A stretch of 64,000 nucleotides of DNA, from positions 1,044 through 65,043 of the forward strand of contig CBDATI010000063.1 in the NCBI GenBank assembly GCA_965199675.1, written 5' to 3'. Origin of the DNA: Vicinamibacterales bacterium (GTDB lineage Bacteria > Acidobacteriota > Vicinamibacteria > Vicinamibacterales > UBA8438). Below are positions 27,592 through 35,278 of this stretch, in pieces. The first letter of the stretch is position 1, and each line of letters begins with the position of its first letter. Both the position numbers and the translations under genes were made by a program. Below the pieces are notes generated by a model. It was given only the letters and a program-made list of their open reading frames with translations, did no database searches and was not told where the DNA came from.

Positions 27592-28587
27592 ATGAGCCCG
27601 CCCCTGCCTCGCCCGTCATGGGGACGCGTGCGGGCCCTGCTCGAGGTCGCCCTGTGCCTCGTGTTGCTGCTGACCGCCTGGCGCTGGACCGCCGACGCGG
27701 GGGACGGCTGGACGTTCGCGGGGCTGACGGCGGAGCGTGCGGCGTCGGGGTTCCCGCGCACGGTGCGCGACTACGCGGGAGACCCGCTCCGGCTGCCGGG
27801 GCCGCCGTCGCGCATCGCGTCGCAGGCCCTGGTGAGCGACCACTTCCTGTTCGCCGTCGTGCCGCCGTCGCGCATCGCCGCGGTCAGCGCCGTCGCCCAC
27901 GACCGGCGCTACAGCTTCGTCGCCGACGTGGTGGACGGGTTGGACGTCGCGGTGGCCGGCGAGCCCGAGGCCCTGCTGCGGCGCCGCCCCGACCTGTTGG
28001 TGGCTTCCAACACCGCCCGCGCCGACTACCTGTCGCTGGCGCGGGGCGCCGGCATCCCCACGTTCCGCCTGTTGACGGTGTTCGAAGACTTCTCGCAGAT
28101 CGCGGCCGGCCTGCAGACGGTGGGTCGGCTCACCGGCGAGGAACGGGCGGCCGATGGGGTGGTCCGGCGGTTCAGAGGCCGCATCGCGGCGGCGGTGGCG
28201 CGCCGTTCCACCGCGGGCCCGCCGCCCCGCGTGCTCGTCTACGTCGCCTTCTCGGGCACCTTCGGCACCGGTTCGCTCTTCGACCACATCCTGACCGAGC
28301 TGGGCGCCGTGAACCTGGCGGCCGAGCACGGTGTCGGCCCGCACGGCGCCATCGGCAACGAGCAGATCGCGGCCTGGAACCCGGACTGGATCATCGCCGA
28401 CGCACCCGCCGGCGACGAGGCCGCGGTGCGCCGGCGACTGCTCGACCATCCTGCGGTGGCGGTGACCGCGGCCGGGCGGACCGGGCAGGTGCTGGTCATC
28501 GACCACCGGCAGTTCATCACCATGTCGCAGTACGCAGCGGGTCTGACCGAGACGGTGGCCGCCGCGCTGTATCCGGACGCGCCGTGA
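27592..28587 (+). CDS. btuF: Periplasmic substrate-binding protein of a corrinoid/siderophore-type ABC importer
   Basis: Starts 4 nt after the pduO stop. N-terminal anchor, then a Peripla_BP_2-like layout (PSRIASQAL.., RRRPDLLVASN, NPDWIIADAP). Placed between the riboswitch and FecCD/ATPase genes. Confidence 0.75.
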   Translation: MSPPLPRPSWGRVRALLEVALCLVLLLTAWRWTADAGDGWTFAGLTAERAASGFPRTVRDYAGDPLRLPGPPSRIASQALVSDHFLFAVVPPSRIAAVSAVAHDRRYSFVADVVDGLDVAVAGEPEALLRRRPDLLVASNTARADYLSLARGAGIPTFRLLTVFEDFSQIAAGLQTVGRLTGEERAADGVVRRFRGRIAAAVARRSTAGPPPRVLVYVAFSGTFGTGSLFDHILTELGAVNLAAEHGVGPHGAIGNEQIAAWNPDWIIADAPAGDEAAVRRRLLDHPAVAVTAAGRTGQVLVIDHRQFITMSQYAAGLTETVAAALYPDAP

Positions 28588-29654
28588 CCGACACCGGAAG
28601 CCGACCGGGGGTTCGCGGGGCCGCCTGGGCAGCCCTGCCGCTGCTGGCGGCCCTGCTCGCGGCGGCGGTGGTGGCGGCGATCGCCGTCGGCAGCACCGGC
28701 ATCGCCTGGGTTACCGTCGTCCGGGTGCTCGCGTCGCGGGCGCTGCCGACCGGCTGGATCGATCTGGGGGAGATCTCCGAGGCCGAGCAGGTCATCGTCT
28801 GGCTCATCCGCACCCCGCGCGTGGTGGTCGCGGCGCTGGTGGGGGGTGCCCTCGCGGTGGCGGGGACGCAGATGCAGGGCCTCTTCCGCAACCCCCTGGC
28901 CGAGCCCAGCGTCATCGGCATCAGTCAGGGCGCGGCGCTGGGCGCCGTCGTCACGTTCGTCAGCGGGCTCGCGGCCGCGGCCGTCTTCTGGCTCCCGCTG
29001 TTCGCCTTCGCGGGCGCGCTGGCGGCGCTGGCCGCCGTCTACGCCGTCGCCACCCGCGCCGGGCGCACTCCGGTCGCGACGCTGCTGCTGGCCGGCATCG
29101 CCCTCGGGTCGTTGTCCACGGCCATCGCCACACTGCTGATATCGATGAGCGTCGTCAACTGGCAGGTCGCCAACGAGGTCGTCTTCTGGCTGATGGGCGG
29201 GCTCGACAACCGCACCTGGACCCACGTGTGGATGTGCCTGCCGCCGGTCGCCGCCGGGGTCGTGGCGGCGCGCTGGCACACGAGAGACCTCGACCTCCTG
29301 CTGCTCGGCGAGGAGACCGCGGCGAGTCTCGGCGTCGATGTCGAGCGGGTGCGCCGGACGATGCTGGCGACGGCGGCCATGCTCACCGGCGCCGCGGTAG
29401 CGGTGAGCGGGGTCATCGGCTTCGTCGGCCTGATCGTGCCGCACATGCTGCGGCTCGTCCTCGGACCGTCGCATCGCACCCTGCTGCCGGCCGCGATGCT
29501 CGGCGGCGCGCTGTTCGTGATCGTCTGCGACCTGCTGGCCCGCACCGTCCACCCGCCGACCGAGATCCGGCTCGGCATCATCACCGCGGCCTGCGGGGCG
29601 CCGTTCTTCCTCTACCTGCTGCGCCGGCAGCGGGGAGGGCTCGCCGCGTTATGA
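28584..29654 (+). CDS. btuC: FecCD-family ABC transporter permease (BtuC-like)
   Basis: GTG 28584 overlaps the btuF stop (GTGA). RTPRVVVAALVGGALAVAGTQMQGLFRNPLAEPSVIG, LLLGEETAASLGVDV, GVIGFVGLIVPHMLR, IGIITAACGAPFFLYLL. Confidence 0.85.
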   Translation: MTDTGSRPGVRGAAWAALPLLAALLAAAVVAAIAVGSTGIAWVTVVRVLASRALPTGWIDLGEISEAEQVIVWLIRTPRVVVAALVGGALAVAGTQMQGLFRNPLAEPSVIGISQGAALGAVVTFVSGLAAAAVFWLPLFAFAGALAALAAVYAVATRAGRTPVATLLLAGIALGSLSTAIATLLISMSVVNWQVANEVVFWLMGGLDNRTWTHVWMCLPPVAAGVVAARWHTRDLDLLLLGEETAASLGVDVERVRRTMLATAAMLTGAAVAVSGVIGFVGLIVPHMLRLVLGPSHRTLLPAAMLGGALFVIVCDLLARTVHPPTEIRLGIITAACGAPFFLYLLRRQRGGLAAL

Positions 29655-30436
29655 GCCTGCGGCTCGAGAAGGCCAGCCTCCGCATCGGGGGGCGGCGCCT
29701 CGTGCGCGACGTCACCATCGAGGCCGAGCCCGCCCGCATCACCGCCCTCATCGGCCCGAACGGGGCGGGGAAGTCGACGGTGCTGCGCCTCCTGGCCGGC
29801 CTCTGGACGCCGACCGGCGGCCGCGCCAGCCTCGACGGGACCGACCTGCCGCGGTTCTCGCGCCGGATCCTGGCGCGGCGCATCAGCTTCGTGCCGCAGG
29901 ACACGCACATGGACGTCCCGTTCACGGTGCGGGAACTGGTGACGATGGGGCGGCACCCCCACCTGGGCCGGTTCGACGACCCCGGACCCGCCGACGATGC
30001 GGCCGTCGCCGCCGCCATGTCGCGCGCCGACGTCGTGCATCTCGCCGACCGCCCGGCCACCGAGTTGTCGGGCGGCGAGCGCCGGCGCGCGGTCATCGCG
30101 CGCAGCCTCGCCACCGGCTCGAACGTGATCCTGCTCGACGAGCCGACCGCCAATCTCGATGTCGACCACGTCATCGAGACCCTGACCCTGTTGCGCGAGC
30201 TGGCCGCGGGCGGGGCCACCATCGCCCTCGCGCTGCACGATCTCAACGTGGTCTCGCGCTGGGCGGACACGATCGCGGTGCTGCAGGGCGGGCGCCTGCG
30301 GGCGACGGGTCCGCCGGCCGCGGTCCTCGACGACGACCTCGTGGCGTCGGTGTTCGGCGTGCGGGTCGAGCGGTTGACGTCCGGCGACGGCCGACCGGCG
30401 CTCGTCTTCCACCGCCGGCGGACCTCGACCGGTTGA
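29651..30436 (+). CDS. btuD: ABC transporter ATP-binding protein (BtuD/FecE-like)
   Basis: ATG 29651 overlaps the permease stop (ATGA). Walker A GPNGAGKST, signature LSGGERRR, Walker B ILLDEPTANLD. Confidence 0.9.
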   Translation: MSLRLEKASLRIGGRRLVRDVTIEAEPARITALIGPNGAGKSTVLRLLAGLWTPTGGRASLDGTDLPRFSRRILARRISFVPQDTHMDVPFTVRELVTMGRHPHLGRFDDPGPADDAAVAAAMSRADVVHLADRPATELSGGERRRAVIARSLATGSNVILLDEPTANLDVDHVIETLTLLRELAAGGATIALALHDLNVVSRWADTIAVLQGGRLRATGPPAAVLDDDLVASVFGVRVERLTSGDGRPALVFHRRRTSTG

Positions 30437-30621
30437 CCATGGGGGGCAGACGCCCCGCCGCCCGCGCTCACGTCACGATGTCATACTCGGCCGCCGGATC
30501 CGCACCCGCGGCCCCCCCCGGTGCGGGCAGTCGGGCTCGCCGCCGGCCCTGTCTCGGCAGGATGTCACGGAACGGCCGCATCGCGCTGCTCTCGTCCGTG
30601 GCGGCCGACCACCCGTGGACC

Positions 30622-31401
30622 CTATCGCGGCAGTCGAAAGCTGATACCGGCGCCGAAGAACAGGTCGTCGGCAGGATCCCGCAGTCGGCGGCCGACGGAG
30701 ACGTCCAACTGGAGCACATCGGTCAGCAGAAGGGTCAGGCCCGTATCCGCCGACACGCCGCTCGCCACCGGGCTCGTGACCTGACTGTCGCCGAAGACCT
30801 CGATGAACGCCCCCAGGCGGTCGGTCAGCCCGATGCCGAGAGCAAGGGAGTACACGACGAACGCGTCGCGGCCCGGCTCGTCGGGCGCCGACTCCCACGC
30901 CGCCCCCGCGTTGTAGCCCAGGGCCAGTCTCGGTGCGAGCTCGTGGGCGAAGGCGACGAGGAACGACGGGTCGGCGCCGCCGCTCGAGAACCCGTGGTCG
31001 CCCGTCGGGAGCGACAGGCCGCCCAGGATCGCGAGCTCGGGTCGCCAACCGTCCGCCTGCGGAACGAGATTGACCTTGGCGCCGAGCGCGCTGTCACCCG
31101 CGCCGCGGCGACCCTCCGCCCCGACGACGCCGGCGTGACCGAGACGGAGCTCTGTGCGCCCGCCGAGGCCGATGCGGAAGAGCGTGCCGGGCGCGGCGTG
31201 GCTGTCGACGTGCCCCTCACGAGTGAACAGGTAGCCCGTCTCGACCTGCAGCAGGCCCCGCCGCACGACGGTGGCTGACTCGGTCTGATCCGGACGGTCG
31301 GTCACCAGTTCGGGCGACTGCGCGCTCGCGTCGAAGGCGAACGCCAGCACCGCCGCCCCGAGGAGCACGACCCGAGCCGCACCGACAGCAATCTCGCGCA
31401 A
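30622..31401 (-). CDS. Outer-membrane beta-barrel channel (putative MetA-pathway / transporter family)
   Basis: Candidate TTG start at 31401 gives MREIAVGAARVVLLGAAVLAFAFDASAQ. VTDRPDQTESATVV..LQVETGY..LFRIGLGGRTELRLG. Ends ..FFGAGISFRLPR. No ATG is available in frame, so the start is uncertain. Confidence 0.7.
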   Translation of the reverse strand: MREIAVGAARVVLLGAAVLAFAFDASAQSPELVTDRPDQTESATVVRRGLLQVETGYLFTREGHVDSHAAPGTLFRIGLGGRTELRLGHAGVVGAEGRRGAGDSALGAKVNLVPQADGWRPELAILGGLSLPTGDHGFSSGGADPSFLVAFAHELAPRLALGYNAGAAWESAPDEPGRDAFVVYSLALGIGLTDRLGAFIEVFGDSQVTSPVASGVSADTGLTLLLTDVLQLDVSVGRRLRDPADDLFFGAGISFRLPR

Positions 31402-31442
31402 CCGCCGCCTCGAGACCGGGTTCGGGTGACCGCGGGGTACCT

Positions 31443-32498
31443 CTACCGGTTTCCGCCCGCCTCCGCGGCGCGCGAGCCGGCGAGGATGTTCGTCATCCCG
31501 TAGTTGCCTTCGTGGCAGGCGTACTCGTACAGGGGCTGGTCGCCGCGGGCCCACGGGGAGGAGCCGGTCCACGGGGTGGTCCAGACGTTGGGATCGTGCA
31601 CCGTGAACTCGTAGTCGAGGATCCCCGGGCCCACGCGGGTGAACCGCTCCACCACCCGCAGGGCGGGGCTGAGGTCCCAGTTGGTGCCGCCCTGCGGTCC
31701 GGGGCCGGACGAGAAGAGATAGGCACGATCGCCGAAGCCGGCCGTCTCCACGACGAGCGTGTCACCGTCCCAGCGCCCCAGCGAGTGTCCGCCGAACTGG
31801 CTGATGCGCCCGTCGATCCGCGGGCGCCCGTCTAGGTGAATGAAGCGTACGTCGTGGATGTGCTCCTGCACGATGGCGATGACGTCGGGCGTCTGCACGA
31901 TCTGGTAGTTGTTGTTGTAGGCGGTCGGCAGCGACGGGACGCCCCGGTACCAGATGCAGCGGTCGCCGTAGTCGAACTGGGCGTAGGAGTCGGCCGGCGC
32001 CAGCCCCTCGCGCACGTCCTTCAGGTGCTGCCGGCCCGGCGAGTTGACGTAGGCCTCTGCCTCGGGCGTGAGGGCCGGCAGGCGTCCGTTCGGCGGGTCG
32101 ACCACCAGCGACGTGCGCCGCGTGGGGACGACGGTCGTGCCGCGATCGATCCAGAAGGCGTTGTAGGCGCCGACGTTGCCGCCGACCGGCAGGGGCTCGG
32201 TGCGCACCTCGCTGGGTGCGTTCGCGCGGGCGTTGGCCTCGACGACGCGCGCCTCGATGGCCGCCGCCTCCTCCTCGGTCAGGAACGCCTGGTCGCCCAG
32301 CGCCTCCGGCCGCTCGAGCGGCGTCACCGTCGAGCTGTTCCAGACGCCCCCGATGTCGGGGTCGCCCCAAGGGGTGCGCGGTGCGGACCAGCCTTCCGGC
32401 GATGCCGGCTGGGACCACCCCGCCGCCGGCGTCAGGGCGACGCCCGTCGCCAGCGCCAGCGCACCGACTCGGGCCCGGACACGAGAAAGACGATTCAT
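31443..32498 (-). CDS. Secreted protein of unknown function, DRC / YNNN / W(E/D)GDTLV / EYACHEG family, paralog 2 of 4
   Basis: 351-aa ORF with GGAG 7 nt upstream of the ATG. Signal peptide. Motifs PRTPWGDPDIGGVW, TPLERP, RTSLVVDPPNGRLPALT, GDRC, YNNNYQIVQTPDV, GRWDGDTLVVET, ERFTRV, YEYACHEGNYG. Confidence 0.8.
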   Translation of the reverse strand: MNRLSRVRARVGALALATGVALTPAAGWSQPASPEGWSAPRTPWGDPDIGGVWNSSTVTPLERPEALGDQAFLTEEEAAAIEARVVEANARANAPSEVRTEPLPVGGNVGAYNAFWIDRGTTVVPTRRTSLVVDPPNGRLPALTPEAEAYVNSPGRQHLKDVREGLAPADSYAQFDYGDRCIWYRGVPSLPTAYNNNYQIVQTPDVIAIVQEHIHDVRFIHLDGRPRIDGRISQFGGHSLGRWDGDTLVVETAGFGDRAYLFSSGPGPQGGTNWDLSPALRVVERFTRVGPGILDYEFTVHDPNVWTTPWTGSSPWARGDQPLYEYACHEGNYGMTNILAGSRAAEAGGNR

Positions 32499-32506
32499 GG
32501 TTTGCT

Positions 32507-32541
32507 CCAGTGGCCAGTGGTCAATGGTCGGTGGTCAGTGA
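32507..32541. repeat. Five tandem heptamers in the intergenic spacer between paralogs 3 and 2
   Basis: CCAGTGG CCAGTGG TCAATGG TCGGTGG TCAGTGA, read directly from the + strand, immediately upstream (in the transcription sense) of the RBS of 31443-32498. Confidence 0.8.
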
Positions 32542-32560
32542 TCCGACCACCGGCGTCTCC

Positions 32561-33562
32561 TCACGGGCGCAGCTCGCGTCCCAGGCGTTCGAGGTTCCGC
32601 GCCCCGGCGAGGATGCCGTAGAGCCCGATGTTGCCCTCGTGGCAGGCGTACTCGAAGATCTCGCCGTCGGTGCGCCGGAACGGCAGCATGACCGTGTAGG
32701 GCGCGGTGTACCTCTCGGGGTCGGTCACGGTGTACTCGTAGGCGACGGTGTCCGGATCGAGCCGGGTCAGCCGCTCGACGAGCTGCAGGCTCGGGCCGAT
32801 CGTCCCGTTGCCCCAGTCGCGGTATTGCGCAGTTTCGACGACCAGCGTCTCTCCCTCCCAGCGCCCCCGCGACACGCCCGCGATCTGTTCGAGCCGCGGC
32901 CTCTCCACATCGTCGAGGGGGATGATGCGGTGCTGGCGCGCCTGCTCGGTGAGGATCACCACGTGGTCGGCGGTCTGGAAGATCATCAGGTTGTTGTTGT
33001 ACGCCCCGGGGCGCATGGGCGGGCCCGACTTGGTGAACGCGATGCAGCGGTCGCCCATGCTCCGGTTCTCGTACGAGTCGTACATGTGCTCGCGGCGGTA
33101 CGCCCTGCGCTCGGCGTCCGCCTTCCGGGCCGCATCGGTCAGCGGGGGGTAGCGCCCGTTGGGCGGATCGACGATGAGTGACGTCCGCTTGTCCGACGTC
33201 AGCTCGATGCCCCGCTCGTACCAGAACTCGTTGTAGGAAAGCACGCCGCCCGCCGCGCGCGGCGCGTAGCCGGCGTTGGGCGCCCCGGCGATGGGGTCGA
33301 ACAGGTCCCGGTTCTGGCGGGTCCGCTCCGACGCCTCGAACGCCGCCGCGGTCTCCGGGTCCAGGGTCTCCCGGTCCGCGAACCGGGCCGGCCGCTGCAT
33401 CGGGGTCAGGGTGCGGAAGGTGAAGACGCCGGAGAGGTGCGGGTGCCCGTCGGGGGTCCGCATCGGCATGCCGCCGCCGTCCGGCTGGGCGAGGGCCGGC
33501 GAGGCCGCGAACGCGAGCACGAGCGCGGGGACCGCGAACGCCGCCGAGCTTGACTTGCGCAT
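32561..33562 (-). CDS. Secreted protein of unknown function, DRC / YNNN / WEGETLV / EYACHEG family, paralog 3 of 4
   Basis: 333-aa ORF with GGAGGGAG before the ATG. Signal peptide MRKSSSAAFAVPALVLAFAASPALAQ. Motifs RTSLIVDPPNGRYPPLT, GDRC, YNNNLMIFQTADHV, RGRWEGETLVVET, ERLTRLD, FEYACHEGNIG. Confidence 0.8.
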   Translation of the reverse strand: MRKSSSAAFAVPALVLAFAASPALAQPDGGGMPMRTPDGHPHLSGVFTFRTLTPMQRPARFADRETLDPETAAAFEASERTRQNRDLFDPIAGAPNAGYAPRAAGGVLSYNEFWYERGIELTSDKRTSLIVDPPNGRYPPLTDAARKADAERRAYRREHMYDSYENRSMGDRCIAFTKSGPPMRPGAYNNNLMIFQTADHVVILTEQARQHRIIPLDDVERPRLEQIAGVSRGRWEGETLVVETAQYRDWGNGTIGPSLQLVERLTRLDPDTVAYEYTVTDPERYTAPYTVMLPFRRTDGEIFEYACHEGNIGLYGILAGARNLERLGRELRP

Positions 33563-33607
33563 CTGCTCCCTCCGGTTCGAGAGGCGTGGTTGGACGGACT
33601 GCCGCCG

Positions 33608-33613
33608 ATTATA
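33608..33613 (-). promoter_or_regulatory. Possible -10 hexamer (TATAAT on the minus strand) for the paralog3-paralog2-OM channel operon
   Basis: The + strand reads ATTATA, so the minus strand reads TATAAT, about 46 nt upstream of ATG 33562. An AT hexamer stands out in a GC-rich context. No convincing -35. Confidence 0.3.
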
Positions 33614-33894
33614 CTCGGCCCGGACTCGCCGTCGGCCGGTCCGGGCCGGTCCGGGTGGAATCGGGAGGCTTCGGGCAGGAGCCGGATCTGCACTCCAGCC
33701 GCGAACGCAGCTCGGTGAAGCGGAACGAGTTCGTCTCGACAGGGGATCTTGACGTCCCGGAGGAGCCGCTCACGGTGGCCCGCGATCAGCTCCGGCGGAG
33801 GAACGATCCTGTGCCCGCGGCCGGGAGGCGGACGGTTTGCGTGACACGGCCTCGATCGGGGGATAATCGGCAGCCCCGGGGCCACGACGACGCC

Positions 33895-34020
33895 CCGGCG
33901 GGCTGGGCCAGCCGGCTTGCGCAGAACGAGAAGACAGGCCCGGCGATGAGATCGGGGTGAGCGACGGCGCGGTGGTCCGGCGGGCTGGACCGGACGGCTT
34001 GCGCAGTACGAGGAGGACAG
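33895..34020 (+). repeat. Duplicated 44-nt 5' leader of paralog 4 (copies at 33895-33938 and 33977-34020)
   Basis: CCGGCGGGCTGGGCCAGCCGGCTTGCGCAGAACGAGAAGACAGG versus CCGGCGGGCTGGACCGGACGGCTTGCGCAGTACGAGGAGGACAGA (about 38 of 44 identical). Only copy 2 keeps the GAGGAGG Shine-Dalgarno. Copy 1 is followed by ATG AGA TCG GGG TGA. Confidence 0.75.
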
Positions 34021-34021
34021 A

Positions 34022-35020
34022 ATGAGTCATCGAATGACCGCGGTGTCGGTCGCGGCGTGTCTGGCCGCCGTCGCCGCCGGGGGCGCGGCGCCGGCCGAGG
34101 CCCAGAGCGGACCACCGCGGACGGCCTGGGGCGCCCCTGACCTGGGCGGCGTGTGGGACTTCCGCAGCATCACCCCGATGCAGCGGCCGGAAGCGCTCGC
34201 CGACCAGGAGTTCCTGAGCGAGGAGGCGGCGGCCGAACTGGAGCAGCGGGCCCTCGACCGCCTCAACGACTTCCTGGACCTGCCCGCGCAGCGGACCGAG
34301 GCGGGGACCAACGTCGACCGGCGCCCCGACGGCGGGAACGGCTCGTACAACCACACCTGGCTCGACCAGGGCCTGCAGACGGTGGGGACCCGGCGCACGT
34401 CGCTCATCATCGACCCCCCGGACGGGCGCTACCCCGCGATGACCCCCGACGGGCGGGAGCGCACCGCCGCCCGCGCCGCGCACCGGCGCACGCAGCCGGC
34501 CGACTCGTGGCTGGACTTCAGCACCTACGACCGCTGCATCCTCGGGTTCAACGCGGGTCCCCCGATGAACCCGAGCGCCTACAACAACAACATGCAGGTG
34601 TTCCAGACGTCCGACCACGTCGCCCTGATGACCGAGATGGTGCACACGGTGCGCATCGTGCCCCTCGACGGGCGCCCCGCCCTCGATCCCTCGTTCCGGC
34701 AGTGGTCGGGCGACTCGCGCGGCCGCTGGGAGGGCGACACCCTCGTCATCGAGACCGCCAACTTCGACCCCCGCCGGCAGTGGCGCAGCACCAGCGGCAG
34801 CATGCGGCTGACCGAGCGGCTGACCCGCGTCGACGCCGAGACGCTGCTCTACCAGGCTACCGTGGACGATCCCGAGACATGGGAACGGCCGTGGACCTAC
34901 GAAGTGCCGATGCGGCGGCTCGACGAGGACATGTGGGAGTACGCGTGCCACGAGGGTCACCATTCGATGCCCCTGATGCTCGGCGGCGCCCGCGTGCTGG
35001 AGGCGGCGGGGCAGCAGTAG
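34022..35020 (+). CDS. Secreted protein of unknown function, DRC / YNNN / WEGDTLV / EYACHEG family, paralog 4 of 4
   Basis: 332-aa ORF with GAGGAGG before the ATG. Signal peptide ..VAACLAAVAAGGAAPAEAQ. Motifs PRTAWGAPDLGGVW, RTSLIIDPPDGRYPAMT, YDRC, YNNNMQVFQTSDHV, RGRWEGDTLVIET, ERLTRVD, WEYACHEGHH. Confidence 0.8.
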   Translation: MSHRMTAVSVAACLAAVAAGGAAPAEAQSGPPRTAWGAPDLGGVWDFRSITPMQRPEALADQEFLSEEAAAELEQRALDRLNDFLDLPAQRTEAGTNVDRRPDGGNGSYNHTWLDQGLQTVGTRRTSLIIDPPDGRYPAMTPDGRERTAARAAHRRTQPADSWLDFSTYDRCILGFNAGPPMNPSAYNNNMQVFQTSDHVALMTEMVHTVRIVPLDGRPALDPSFRQWSGDSRGRWEGDTLVIETANFDPRRQWRSTSGSMRLTERLTRVDAETLLYQATVDDPETWERPWTYEVPMRRLDEDMWEYACHEGHHSMPLMLGGARVLEAAGQQ

Positions 35021-35041
35021 CTGTCTGTTTGTCCCGGCGTC

Positions 35042-35255
35042 TCACGACAGGCGGGCGAGCACGGCGTCGCCACTGTCGCACTCGATGATCAGGTCGCCGA
35101 TCCGGGTGAGGCGGTGGGGATCGTCGATTGCGGCCAGGGCCTCGGCCAGCCGCGCGGCGGTGCGCGGATCGAACTTCCGGGCGGCCAGACGACCGAGGAC
35201 CGCGCGCTCGCGAGCGAGGGCCGTCCGGCGATCGCCTTCCGGCGGATCGTCGTAC
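35042..35255 (-). pseudogene. C-terminal remnant of a DUF4351 / Rpn(YhgA)-like PD-(D/E)XK transposase-family protein
   Basis: ..EGDRRTALARERAVLGRLAARKFDPRTAARLAEALAAIDDPHRLTRIGDLIIECDSGDAVLARLS-stop has the layout of DUF4351 C-termini. There is no start codon and no N-terminal domain. The rest of ORF 35042..35722 is antisense to the next gene. Confidence 0.5.
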
Positions 35256-35278
35256 CGCCCCGGCGGAAGGGGCCCTCG

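Noticed and set aside
32507-32541. Heptamer array, leader duplications and other small repeats considered as a CRISPR-like or mobile-element signature
   Set aside because: The units are 7-44 nt, with no spacer-repeat periodicity, no cas genes and no terminal inverted repeats. They are not CRISPR and not an IS.
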